A stretch of 64,000 bases of DNA, from NCBI RefSeq assembly GCF_044704955.1, contig NC_091995.1, forward strand, positions 15,810,001 through 15,874,000, written 5' to 3'. The notes beneath the pieces are model-generated. The model did not search any database, had not been told where the DNA came from, and saw only the letters and a list, made by a program, of their open reading frames with translations. This document shows, one piece after another, positions 37,770 to 50,514 of this stretch (positions are counted from its first letter, which is position 1; the number at the start of each line of letters is the position of its first letter). A program made the position numbers and the translations under genes. Source of the DNA: Pristiophorus japonicus (taxonomy: Eukaryota).

Positions 37770-40700
37770 TATGAACAATGAACAATGGCAGAAAGGTAAA
37801 GAGCACCCAGCCCAACCAGTCTGCTCCACACAACTGCGACACCACTTAAAGTGAAACATTCTACACTCCACCCCAACCGGAGCCATGTGATCTCCTGGGA
37901 GAGGCAAAAAACAGATAAAAACCCAGGACAATTTGAGGAAAGAAATCTGGGAAAGTTCCTCTCTGACCCTTCCAGGTGATTGAAACTAGTCCAAGAGATC
38001 ACCCCAACAGAATTTGATTCCCTGCAGTACTTAGCATCCTATCTGCACCGGCCAACAAGGTTTTATCCAGTCTAATCCCAATTACCAGCTCTAGGTCCCT
38101 AACCCTGCAGGTTATGACACTTTACGTGTGTATTGAACAATCTTTTAAATGTGGTAAGGGTTTCTGCATCCACTACTCTCCCAGGCATTGAGTTCCAGAC
38201 CCACAACCATCTGCATGAAGAAGCCCCCCCTCAAATCGCCTCTGAACCTTCCACCAACCATCTTAAAACTATACCCCCTCATAATAGACCCCTCCACCAA
38301 TGGAAATAGGCCCGTGCTCTCCCCTATATCCAGGCCCTTCAATATTTTGTACACTTCAATGAGGTCTCCTCTCAGCCTCCACTGTTCAAATGAGAACAAA
38401 CCCAGCCAATCTGTCATCATAACTAAAATTCTCCATTCCAGGCAGAATCCTAGTAAATCTCCTCTGCACCCTCTCTAGTGCAATGATGTCCTTCCTATAA
38501 TACGGTGACCAGAACTGCATGCAGTACTCTAGCTGTGGCCTAACCAGAGTATTATACAATTTAAGCATAATCTCTCTGCTCGTATTCCATATTCTGTGCC
38601 TTGGGCAATAAAGGCAAGTATTCTGTATTCCTTCTTAACCACCTTATCCACCTGGCCTGCTAATTTCAAAGATCTGTGGATAAGCACTCCAAGGTCACTT
38701 TGTTCTTCTACACTATTAAGTGGCCTACCACTTAATGCATATACCCTTTCCTTATTAGCCCTGCCAAAGTGCATTAACACACACGTCTCCAAATTAAATT
38801 CCATTTGCGACTGCTCTGCCCACCTGACCAGTAGATTGATATCCTCCTGCAGCTCATGACTTTTCTCTTCATCATCAACTACATAGCCAATTTTAGTGTG
38901 ATCTGAAAACTTCTTAATCATACTCCCCATAGTCAAATCTAAATCATTGATATAAGAACATAAGAACATAAGAAATAGAAACAGGAGTAGGCCATACAGC
39001 CCCTCGAGCCTGCTCTACCATTCAATAAGATCATGGCTGATCTGATCATGGACCTAGCTCCACTTCCCCTCCCACTCCCCATAATCCCTTATCCCTTTAT
39101 CGTTTAAGAAACTGTCTATATCTGTCTTAAATTTATTCAATGTCCCAGCTTCCACAGCTCTCTGAGGCAGTGAATTCCACAGATTTACAACAGATTTACA
39201 CAGATATATACCACAAAAAGCAAGGGACCCAGTACTGAGCCCTGCAGAACCCCATTGGACAAATCATTCCAGTCACAAAAACATCCATCAACCATTACAC
39301 TTTGCTCCTGCCTCTAAGCCAATTTTGGATCAAACTTGCCACGTTGTCCTGGATCCCATGGAGTTTAACCTTCGTGACCAGTCTACCATGTGGGACCTTA
39401 TCTAAAGCTTTGCTAAAGCCCATATACACTACATCATATGCACTACCCTCATCGACCCTCTTTGTCGCCTCCTTAAAAAATTCAATCAGGTTACTCACAC
39501 ACGATCTTCCCTTCACAAATCCTTGCTGACTCTCCCTAATTAATCCTTGCCTTTCTAAATGTAGTTTTATCCTGTCTTCCAGGATTTTTTCCAATAATTT
39601 TCCCACCACTGAGGTTAGGCTGACAGGCCTGTAATTACTCAGCCTATCCCTTTCTCGCTTCTTGAACAAGGGTACCACATTAGCATTCCTCCAATCCTCC
39701 GGCACCATGCCCAAATCCAAAGAGGACTGGAAAATGATGGTCAAGGCTTCTGCTATTTCCCCTTTTACTTCACTCAACAGCCTGGGATGCATTTCTTCCA
39801 GACCTGGGGACTTATCTTCTTTCAAAGCTGCTAAACCCCTTAATACTTTCTCTCTCACTATGTTTATTTCATCCAGAATATCACACTCCTCCTCAATAGC
39901 ATTTTCTGCATTGCCCCTTTCCTTTGTGAAAACAGATGCAATGTATTCATTAAGGACCTTACCAACATCTTCCACCTCCACACAAAGATTACCCTCATGG
40001 TCTCTAACAGGTCCCACCCTTTATTTAGTTACCCTCTTACTTTTAATCTATTTATAGAACATTTTTGGGTTTTCCTTAATTTTACTAGCCAACAATTTTT
40101 CATGCCCTCTCTTAGCATTCCTAATATCCTTTTTAATTTACCTCTTAACTTTCTATATTCCTCCAAAGATTTTACAGTATTTAGCTTCCCTTTTTTTATC
40201 CTCCCCTGTAAGTCCCTAGACATCCAGGGGGCTCTAAAATGTTTATTCTCACCCTTTTTCTTTAAGGGCACATGTTTGGCCCTGAAACTCCTCCTTGAAT
40301 GCCTCCCACTGTTCCGACACTGATTTACCAACAAGTAGCTGTTTCCAGTCCACTGTGGCCAAATCTCTCCTCAACTTAGCAAAACTAACTTTTCCCTAAT
40401 TTGGGACTTTTATTCCAGGCCTAGCCTTCTCCTTATCCATTAATAACTTGAATCTGACTGAAATATCGTAACTGGCACCCAAGTGCACTCCCACTAATAC
40501 CCCTTCAACCTGCCAAGCTTCATGCCCCAAAGCTAAATCCAAAACCGCCCCCTCTCATGTTGGGCTTGTTACATATTGACTAAAAAAAGTTCTCTTGAAT
40601 GCATTTTAAGAATTCCTCACCCTCTATTCCCTTCACACCATATTTGTCCCAATCAATATTTGGATAGTTAAAATTCCCTACTATTAATACCCTATGGTTT

Positions 40701-41195
40701 TTGGACTTCACAGCAATTTACCTACATATTTGCTCCTCTACCTCCCTGGGGGTCTATAATACATGCCCAGCAGTGTGATAGCCCCTTTTTTACTTTTTCA
40801 ATTTGACCCATATGGCCTCATTTGATGATTCCTCTAACATATCATCCCTCCTCATTGCTGTAATAGTTTCTTTAATCAATACCACAACACCACCCCCGCC
40901 CCCCACCTTGTAACCCCCCCCCCCCTCCCTGTCTTGTCTAAAAATCCCATAACCAGGAATATTGATCTGACAAATCTTTCTGTAATGGCTACATTATCAT
41001 ACTCCCAAGTATCTAACTGTGCTCTTAGCTCATCCACCTTATTTGCCTTACACCTTGCATTAAAGTATATAACATTTAGCACAGGAAGACGTCCTTGATT
41101 ACTACTTACTAACTGTTGTTTCCTCTGTCTTAAAGATACGCTTTCTAAATTCTTGCTGTCCAACTTATACTTTACGTCCTTTGCATTGAATTTGT
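37770..41195 (-). mobile_element. Second CR1 family, long fragment; probably continues at 33462-33571
   Basis: Motifs NYRPVSLTSVVGKLLE, KFSDHTK, LVRPQLEYCMQFW and YFNAR...NKVDEL (APE start) are present. Confidence 0.9.
38953..39200 (-). mobile_element. CR1 3' fragment nested inside the preceding CR1
   Basis: An (AAGAACAT)n tail interrupts the host element's RT region. Confidence 0.85.
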
Positions 41196-41204
41196 TCTCA
41201 GGTT

Positions 41205-41585
41205 ATTGCCCATCTCTAATTGCCCTAGAGAAAGTGGTGGTGAGCCACCGTCTTGAGCTATTGCAGTCCATGTGATAAACGTACTCCCATGGAGCTAACT
41301 TTGTTGTAGTGGTTTGGTATAACTGAGTGGCTAGCTAGGCCATTTCATAGGACAGTTAAGAGTGACCCACACTGCTGTGGGTCTGGATTCACATATAGGC
41401 CAGACCGAGTAAGAACGGCAGTTTTCCTTCCCTAAAGGACATTAGTGAATCAGATGGGTTTTTACAACAAACATACTGCAGCATTTCATGAAAGCAGCCC
41501 TTCTCAAAGGTAATTAGGAATGGGAAAAGAATGCTGGCCTTGCTAGTGATGCCCACATCCTGTGAGCGAACACATTTAAAAAAAA
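41205..41585. mobile_element. Composite of tRNA-SINE (second family) and LINE-tail fragments
   Basis: It shares TTCCTTCCCTAAAGGACATT-type blocks with 54700-54958 and 63545-63951. Confidence 0.6.
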
Positions 41586-41939
41586 TTATCAATGTGTTCA
41601 TTTGATAACTCAGTTTAGGTGGAAAGATTTATTGCAACAGAAAAACAATTAGGTATGTGCCTCTGATTTTTGTTTATGTTATTGTGTTGGCATTCGTATG
41701 TATCCTTGAGGTGCCATGATTTATTGATAGTATGCATGGAATGTAGTGATCAAAGGTAAAGTTAGTATAAGAAATGAAAGTAAATACTGATTAGTAGCTC
41801 ACAATGGAATCGGAGAGTGTGTTTCTCAACAGCTCTCATACTGGTTTGGTTTAGTATGAAAAGAGTTGTGCACTCATACTGGTTGTGGATAATGTCAGGT
41901 TTCAATAAAGATGTGATCCTGCATTACTCCAATTGAGTG

Positions 41940-42510
41940 TATGTAGACTTGACTACTCCAACGCACTCCTGGCTGGCCTCCCACATTCTACCCTATGTAA
42001 ACTAGAGGTGATCCAAAACTTGGCTGCATATGTCTTAACTCACAACAATCGCATTCATCCATCACCTTTTGCTCGTTGACCTATGTTGGCTTCTGGTTAA
42101 GCAAAACCTCGATTTCAAAATTCTCTTCCTTATTTTCAAATCCCTTCATGGCCTCACCCCTCCCTATCTCTGTAATCTCCTCCAGTCCCACAACCCCCTG
42201 GAAATATCTGTGCTCCTCTAATTCTGCCCTCCTGAGCATCCCTGATTTTAATCTCTCAACCATTGGTGGCCGTGCCTTCTGTTGCCTAGGGCCCAAGTTC
42301 TGGAACTCCCTGCATAAACCCCTCCACCTATCCTTCCTCCTTTAAGACGCTCCTTAAAACATACCTCTTTGACCAAGATTTTGGTTAACTTCCCTAATTT
42401 CTATTTATGTGGCTCCGTGTCAATTTTTTTAAACTCATAAAACTCCTGTGAAGCACCTTGGGATGCTTCACTATGTTAAATCGCTATATAAATACAAGTT
42501 GTTGTTGTGT
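41940..42510 (+). mobile_element. L2-type LINE 3' fragment
   Basis: It encodes RLDYSNALLAGLP, GGRAF...GPKFWNSL and FKTLLKTYLF, and ends in a GCTATATAAATACAAG(TTG)n tail. Confidence 0.88.
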
Positions 42511-42779
42511 GTGTTTAATGTGACAGGTTAAAGCAGCAAAATGTAAAAGGAACAAGAAAGAAATCTAACAGCTAAGAGTAACACTCGTGTCTAAGAATAC
42601 TTCTATGCATGAGACCAACTCTTGCACCTTACATGGTGATACCGTAGTGTCAAGATGTTGAGGTTTATGCTGGTGACAGTACTGATGAAGACCTTGAATA
42701 ATGAGGTGGCACTCACTTCAATGACGAACATGTACTTGTCGCACTTGCTTCTTGCCTCATGTCGTTTGCTAGTCCAATT

Positions 42780-43280
42780 TCTACAGCAGGAAAATAATGC
42801 AGGTTCCATTAATTGTGCGCAGTCCTCTGCACCACTCTCTCTGTGCTGCATTCAGGACATGATTTACACCGAGGTGTTGATGGTGAAGCTCTACCACCAG
42901 CTGTTTTCAGACCGTTTTGCAGTATTGAGGGGGAAAAAGAGCAAAATAGATGCTGACTCTTGCCACCAAAATGATGCTAACTAGAATTATCTACAGACAA
43001 ATGTGCCAGTTCCAATTAAAGCATGAGGACGAGTGGTCATGAACAATATCTCCCTGCCATGTTTCATGTTGGAAATCTTAACCAAACATCGTAGGCTACC
43101 ACCATATTACGAAGCGATAACATGGTAGCACAGCGATATATTTGAGGGAAATACGACATTGAGCAGGCTATCTTTCCTCATAAAGCTGAATCTTTGGAAA
43201 ATTGGCATCGATACTGATTTTGTCTAATTGGGTCACTGCTCCATTTCTGAAGCCTTCTGCTGTCATTTTAGTAGTTTTGA
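42780..43280 (-). mobile_element. Possible highly decayed Gypsy-type pol relic
   Basis: Manual minus-strand translation gives RLQKW and KQLVVELHHQHLG, which resemble Gypsy RNase H end and integrase zinc-binding motifs. The matches are short. Confidence 0.3.
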
Positions 43281-43589
43281 AAGAAAGTTTATATTTGGAC
43301 GATGCAAATGCATTTCCCAATGGGACTCTCTATCTTCCTGCGTTATGAAAGAGAAGAGGATGAGAAAGTGCAACAAGCTAGGTTGGAAGAAATTAGTGTG
43401 AGGCACCACAGAAGACGCTTGGTTCCACAAAAGTCAATACTTATATAGAGTTACAAACATGATGTTAGAAAATCCAATCCTCTTAGCAAAGCAAATGTTA
43501 TAAAATTGGACACCTCTTATACGCACCATCCGACATTCAATTACATTGACTTCAATGGAAAGGGAATATTTTATTTGTATTATTCAGTA

Positions 43590-44490
43590 ACGGGAAGTGG
43601 GTGGTGCAGACAAGGCCAGCATTTATTGCCAATCCCTAATTGCCTTTGAGAAGATGGTGGTGAGCCATTTTCTTGAACCGCTGCAGTCCTTGTAGTGAAG
43701 GTTCTCCCATAATGTTGTTAGGGAGGGAGTATCAAGATTTTGACGCAGCGACAATGAAGGAACAGGAAGGTGTGTTGGAGGGGAACTTGGACGTGTGGAG
43801 TTCACATGCGCCTGCTGTCCTTGTCCTTCTAGGTGATAAAGGTAGCGGGTTTTAGAGGTACTGTGGCAGAAATCTTTGCGATTGCTGCAGTGCATCTTGT
43901 AGATGGTACACACTGCAGACATGGTGCACCGATGGTGGAGGGAGTGAATGTTTCAGGGGTTGGATGTGATGCCAATCAAGCAGGCTGTGATATCCTGGAT
44001 GGTGTTGAGCTTTTTGATTGTTGCTGGAGCTGCATGCATCTAGGCAAATGGAGAGTATTCCATCACATTCCTAACTTGTGCATTCTAGATGGCTTTGGGG
44101 AGGCAGGAGGTGAGTTACTCGCCACAGAATACCCAGCCTCTGACCTGGCTGGACCAGCTAAGTTTCAAGCAATGGCGGCCGCCAGGATGTTGATGATGGG
44201 GGATTCGGCGATGATAATGCCATTGAATGTCAACGAGTGGCAGCTAGACTCTCTCCTGTTGGAGTTGGTCATTTTCTAGCAGTGTGGGGTGCGAATGTAA
44301 ATTGCTACAAATCAGCACAAGCCTGAATGTTGTCCAAGTCTTGCTGCTTGCTGGCATGGACTGCTTCATTATCTGAGGAGTTGTGAATGGAACTGATCAT
44401 TATGCAGTCATCAATGAACATCTCCACCTCCGAACTTATGATGGAGGGAAGGTCACTGATGAAACAGCTGAAATGGTTGGATCTTGGACA
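43590..44490 (-). mobile_element. LINE 3' fragment of a distinct CR1/L2-group family
   Basis: The minus strand reads FSCFISDLPSIISSEVEMFIDDC...QQDLDNIQ, an RT catalytic region. Confidence 0.75.
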
Positions 44491-44494
44491 GAGT

Positions 44495-45475
44495 CTATAT
44501 TTACAATCTATATAAATGACTTGGATGAAGGGACTGAGTGTAATGTGCTGATCATACAAAGATGGGTGGGAAAGCAAATTGTGAGGAGGACACAAGGAAT
44601 CTGCAAATACATATAGACAGGCTAAGTGAGTGGGCAAAAATTTGGCAGATGGAGTATGATGTAGAAAAATGTGATGTTATCCACTTTGGCAGAAAAAATA
44701 GAAAATAAAATTATAATTTAAATGGAGAAAAATTGCAATGTGATTCAGTTCAAAGGGACTTAGTAGTCCTTGTGCATGGAACACAAAAAGTGAGTATGCA
44801 GGTACAGCAATTAACCAAGAAGGCAAATGGAATGTTGACCTTTATTGCGATGGGGATAGAGTATAAAAGGAGAGAAGTTCTGCTACAACTGTACAGGGTA
44901 TTGGTGAGGCCACACCTGGAGTATTGCTTCCAGTTTTGGTCTCCGTATTTAAGGAAGGATATACTTGCATTGGAGGCTGCTCAGAGAAGGTTCACTAGGT
45001 TGCTTCCGGAGATTAGGGGGTTGACTTATATAGATAGGTTGAGTAGGTTGGGACTATACTAATTGGAGTTCAGAAGAATGAGAGGTGATCTTTTCAAATC
45101 ATATAAGATAATGAGAGGCCACAAGTTCGATGCAGAGAATATATTTCCATTCATAGGGGAAACAAAACTTGGGGGCATAGTCTCAGAATAAGGGGCCGCC
45201 CATTTAAAACAGAGATGAGGAGGAATTTCTTCTCTCAGATGGTTGTACATCTGTGGAATTTTCTGCCAAAGAGAGTTGGGGAGGCTGGGTCATTGAATAA
45301 ATTTAAGGCGGAGATAGACAGAATTTTGAGCGATAGGGGAATAAAGGGTTATGGGGAGAGGGCAAGGAAGTGGAACTGAGTCCATAATGAGCTCAGCCAT
45401 GATCTTATTAAATGGCAGAGCAGTCTCGTGGGGTCAAATGGCCGACTCCTGCTCCTATTTCTTGTGTTCTTGTGA
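44495..45475 (+). mobile_element. CR1 3' fragment
   Basis: Motifs FTIYINDLDEG and LVRPHLEYCFQFW are present, followed by a CR1 tail. Confidence 0.92.
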
Positions 45476-45569
45476 ACTCCAGCAGTGATAGGTGGAGCGG
45501 ATAAGTGTGGCTGTTTCAATAATACCCGCTTTGCGCTATCATCTACCCTATAGACTTCTACTTAAATTA

Positions 45570-46590
45570 TCTGTCGCAATGCTTCAGAAGAATGTGCTTC
45601 TACTTGAAGGTTATTGCAGAGTTCTGCCAGCTGATGGTTGCAGACCAGAAACTCAATTTTAATGAGGAGCGCAGCATTTCCCGAATCAGTGAATATGACC
45701 AATACCTTGATGTTTTTTGCCATTGGATCCTTCTCACATTAATCAGGCAATGCTCACCGTTGTATAAAGAAAGTCACTGAAGTTATTTTCAGGTGGGCCT
45801 CGCAGTTCAGAGCCTTCTAAAATCAACCTATAAAACAAAAAGAGCAAGCGATCCACTTCAACACGCTGGGAGGATGCTCACAAGGGCAGCGAGCAATTGA
45901 CGGAGCAGATGCGAGCATGTAAGTTTAATATCATAACTCCCTCAACTATATTAATAGGTAATGGTTTTATTCTATCAACTGCCAGCCCGTGTGTGATACT
46001 ACGTACATGAGCCAATACGTAATGCCCCCGCACCCAGGAAACTCTCATATCACTTACATCATGAAGCAATCTATAGTGTTGGTCCCGATGAGTGAAATCA
46101 TATTTTAAGATGGTTGACTGCTGATCTGATCAATGATCTACCAGAAGTGACAATTAATAATCTGAAGTCCTGTTTTGGGTAACTGGGCAAATCAAGTCAC
46201 AGATAGATAGATAGATTTTTAACCAATAAGGGAATTAAGGGTTATGGGGAGCGGGCGGGTAAGTGGAGCTGAGTCCACGGCCAGATCAGCCATGATCTTG
46301 TTGAATGGCGGAACAGGCTCGAGGGGCTAGATGGCCTACTCCTGTTCCTAATTCTTATGTTCTTATGTTCACAGAGCCCTAATAAAGAACCCAACAAGCA
46401 CGTCATGAATTAAAGTACCTTTCTGTACAGTCTTGCAACACAAAAAGGATTACTACTTCCTGTAGTTGAAGTGGGGCGCCATGAAGAGGAGCAAAATGGC
46501 CTCAACCCCCACAGTAGGAGGAAAAAGAAGAGCAGGTGGAACAAGGCAAGCGGCAGCGTGCAGTCAGATAAATGAGGCAGCATCTTACTG
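45570..46590 (+). pseudogene. Fossil PIF/Harbinger (HARBI1-like) DDE transposase, interrupted by a CR1 tail
   Basis: Manual translation from 45755 gives HRCIKKVTEVIFRWASQF...FNTLGGCSQGQRAIDG...YINR*WFYSINCQPVCD...HPGNSH, which is collinear with the Harbinger catalytic core. LMFFAIGSF lies upstream, and there are several stops. Confidence 0.75.
46193..46370 (+). mobile_element. Short CR1 3' end, nearly identical to 49354-49530
   Basis: Direct sequence match to that region, with a (TTCTTATG)n tail. Confidence 0.9.
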
Positions 46591-47229
46591 TTTGCAATAA
46601 AAAAATAGTTGTACATAGATACAAAACTCCTTCTACCTTGGATGACCATCATTATATCCCCAACTGTTTAGTTGAGGAAGGCCATTCCAAAGGCATCAAT
46701 ACCTTGCCTCAATAACAGAAATCTCGCATCTGAGATTTCATTTATTTAGTCTAATAAGTTGTATACATCTATGGAAAGTAACTCGTAAAGGGCGATTGCG
46801 AATTAGGCAGCCCATTTTATAACGCGTCTACATTTCTTTCCAATTGCACTCAATTAAAATAAATTTGGGCTGTGCATTTCTTTGCCTGTTTTTTGCTACC
46901 AAGACCAATTCCACCTGCATAGTTTCCAAATGCTAACAATGGGGGCCAAAATGTAACTTCAGTTGTGGCGCGCAACTGGTGGACAATTTACGGTCGGCCA
47001 TTATACACCTCGGCCTGATGTCCGATCCATTAGCTTCAATGGAAAGCTATGTGAGGCCGAGTGTATAACTTGTTACTGATTCACTGTTGCCTATTTTGCG
47101 CGCCCCCACCCCCACCCGCAAAGCTAAATGTTGCCTCTAATAATTCAAAAATAATTCCTGTTCTGTAAATATTCTAAAGAATGTTTTAAAGAAATGAAAA
47201 CGGCAGAACCCAATACACAACTGAGGATC

Positions 47230-47672
47230 TTAGTGGGTTGCTCCCCTCTGAGTCTGAAGGTCTTGGGTTCAAGTCCCACTCCAGAGACCTGATCAAAAAA
47301 CACTCGGCTGACACTCCAATGTAGTGCTGAGGGAGCCTGCACTGTTGAAGGTGCCTTCTTTTGGACCAGACGTTAACCGAGGCCTCGTCTGCTCTCTCAG
47401 ATAAAAGATTCCATGGCCACTATTTCTAAGAAATAGGGTAGTTCTCCCAGGTGCCTTGTGCCAATATTTATCCCTCAATCAACATCACTAAAACAGATTA
47501 TCTGGTCATTGTCACATTGCTGTTTGTTGAAGCTTGCTGTGCGCAAATTGGTTGCCGCGTTTCCTACATTATAACAGTGACCATACTTCAAACGAGTACT
47601 TCATTGGCTGTAAAATGCTTTGGGACTTCCTGAGTTCGAGAAAGGCGCTGTATAAATGCTAGTTGCTCTTTT
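47230..47672 (+). mobile_element. Deu-like SINE
   Basis: It has a GGGTTCAAGTCCC B-box, the shared core and an AAAGGCGCTGTATAAATGC tail. Confidence 0.87.
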
Positions 47673-48137
47673 TTACAAGAACACGTATAGTATTAATTTG
47701 TGTAGGTGACTGGGTACTAAAATTCAATGATTGCTTTGCCTGGTTTAATGAGAAATGTTCCGAGGCGGTACTAGTGTGTTTCCTTTACACCCTAACCGGA
47801 GATGACGGAGGGGGTATGTTGCCTGCCACATGTATACCACTCACTGATCTATCGAATCTCTGAGAGCAACAGAACTTTGTTTGCGCGAGTTGCAATGAGA
47901 CGGTAATGGTACTCGTCGATGTGCGATTGTGGTAAGCATAGCAATGTAACAGTGATCGAATACAGTGAAGGCAAATGGATGTAATTTACCAGTGTCTGTG
48001 TTTTTCTGCTATGCAACAGAGATTTTGATCTGGTGGTGAGCTACTTCAGCTTTCTTGCTAAATTTAATGCAAAAATGCCATATAAATTAAAACTTGTACT
48101 ATTACCAAAGGAACGCTTAGCGCTTTTGTTTGACATT

Positions 48138-49535
48138 CCTTTAACATCTCTAGTGGGGAAAATGCTTGAAACTATCATTAAGGAAGAAATAGCGGGACAT
48201 CTAGATCGGAATAGTACAATCAAGCAGACGCAGCATGGATTCATGAAGGGGAAATCATGTTTAACTAATTTACTGGAATTCTTTGAGGATACAACGAGCA
48301 TGGTGGATAGAGGTGTACCGATGGATGTGGTGTATTAAGATTTCCAAAAGGCATTCGATAAGATGCCACACAAAAGGTTACTGCAGAAGATAGAGGTACG
48401 CGGAGTCAGAGGAAATGTATTAGCATGGATCGAGAATTGGCTGGCAAACAGAAAGCAGAGAGTCGGGATAAATGGGTCCTTTTTGGGTTGGAAATTGGTG
48501 GCTAGTGGTGTGCCACAGGGATCGGTGCTGGGACCACAACTGTTTACAATGTTCATAGATGACCTGGAAGAGGGGACAGAGTGTAGTGTAACAAAATTTG
48601 CAGATGACACAAAGATTAGTGAGAAAGCGGGTTGTGTAGAGGACACAGAGAGGCTGCAAAGAGATTTGGATAGGTTAAGTGAATGGGCTAAGGTTTGGCA
48701 GATGGAATACAATGTTGGAAAGTGTGAGGTCATCCAGCTTGGGAAAAAAAAGTAAAAGGGAATATTATGGGGAGAAATACAACATGCTGAGGTGTAGAGA
48801 GACCTGGGGGTCCTTGTGCATGAATCCCAAAAAGTTAGTTTGCAGGTGCAGCAGGTAATCAGGAAGGCGAATGGAATGTTGGCCTTCATTGCAAGAGGAA
48901 TGGAGTACAAAAGCAGGGAGGTCCTGCTGCAACTGTATAGGATATTGGTAAGGCCACACCTGGAGTACTGCGTGCAGTTTTGGTCACCTTACTTAAGGAC
49001 GGATATACTGGCTTTGGAGGGGGTACAGAGACGATTCACTTAGCTGATTCCGGAGATGAGCGGGTTATCTTATGATGATAGATTGAGTAGACTGGGTCTT
49101 TACTCGTTGGAGTTCAGAAGGATGAGGGATGATCTTATATAAACATTTAAAATAATGAAAGGGAGAGACAAGATAGAGGCAGAGAGGTTGTTTCCACTGG
49201 TAGGGGAGACTAGAACTAGGGGGCACAGCCTCAAAATACGGGGGAGCCAATTTAAAACCAAGTTGAGAATGAATTTCTTCTCCCAGTGGGTTGTGAATCT
49301 GTGGAATTCTTTGCCCAAGGAAGCTGTTGAGGCTAGCTCATTGAATTTATTCAAGTCACAGATAGATAGATTTTTAACCAATAAGGGAATTAAGGGTTAT
49401 GGGGAGCGGGCGGGTAAGTGGAGCTGAGTCCACGGCCAGATCAGCCATGATCTTATTGAATGGCGGAGCAGGCTCGAGGGGCTAGATGGCCTACTCCTGT
49501 TCCTAATTCTTATGTTCTTATGTTCTTATGTTCTT
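48138..49535 (+). mobile_element. CR1 LINE, RT region through 3' end
   Basis: Motifs QHGFMKGKSCLTNLLEFF, SGVPQGSVLGP, KFADDTK and LVRPHLEYCVQFW are present, with a (TTCTTATG)3 tail. Confidence 0.95.
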
Positions 49536-49894
49536 CGCTATTGTAACTGACGTTGTAACCCATTCCTCCATCCTCCCAAGATATAATCAAAGATTATTTT
49601 TCTGTATCCAGGGCCGTGGCTAAATACCATGAGGGTTACAAGTGATCGCGACCACTTCCCTCAGGTTTGATGCTAAATAAATGTAACTATGATCTCAAAT
49701 GAATACCAACTAGGAAAGAAATTCGAATTTCAGAAAGGCAGCCTCGACTGCCACACTCTGACCGCCGCCAGCCAAAAAGATAAATGGAGGCTGAAACTTA
49801 GATGCATTTCAATTTTTTTAAAACAAAGTTGAATGGATGTCTAACAAACTGATGGCGAGTTACTTCTGGGTTCATCCACAGGCAGCCACGCATA

Positions 49895-49937
49895 ATGCTA
49901 TGGGATGGAGTCGTTTGGCCTTTGCTGTTGTTCTCTG
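49895..49937 (+). CDS. ncr3: Signal-peptide exon of the NKp30/NCR3-like gene (MLWDGVVWPLLLFS-G)
   Basis: An ATG starts 14 mostly hydrophobic codons plus 1 nt, followed by the consensus donor G|GTAAGT. Phase 1 matches the V exon and gives the leader MLWDGVVWPLLLFSGVTVSS. The join crosses an assembly gap. Confidence 0.72.
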
Positions 49938-49966
49938 GTAAGTAATCCATATGCAGGGTCTCTTTT

Positions 49967-50218
49967 GTATATATATACGTACACAGGTGTTTATAGACAT
50001 ATACATATATTTACACTACATACAGGTATACATACATATACAGGTACACTTAAATGTACACATACACATATATACACTCACCCACGCATAACAATCAGAT
50101 ACATCCATATACAGTTGAACATACATATACAGATGCATATATTTTTCCACATACACACACACACACATATATATATACTTACATATACATAGAGATCAAC
50201 ATATATATGCAGGTATAT
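49967..50218. repeat. Degenerate (TA)/(CA) low-complexity tract
   Basis: Directly visible; it runs into the gap. Confidence 0.95.
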
Positions 50219-50514
50219 NNNNNNNNNNNNNNNNNNNNNNNNNNNNNNNNNNNNNNNNNNNNNNNNNNNNNNNNNNNNNNNNNNNNNNNNNNNNNNNNNN
50301 NNNNNNNNNNNNNNNNNNNNNNNNNNNNNNNNNNNNNNNNNNNNNNNNNNNNNNNNNNNNNNNNNNNNNNNNNNNNNNNNNNNNNNNNNNNNNNNNNNNN
50401 NNNNNNNNNNNNNNNNNNNNNNNNNNNNNNNNNNNNNNNNNNNNNNNNNNNNNNNNNNNNNNNNNNNNNNNNNNNNNNNNNNNNNNNNNNNNNNNNNNNN
50501 NNNNNNNNNNNNNN
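50219..50514. other. Assembly gap (296 N)
   Basis: Run of N. Confidence 1.
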
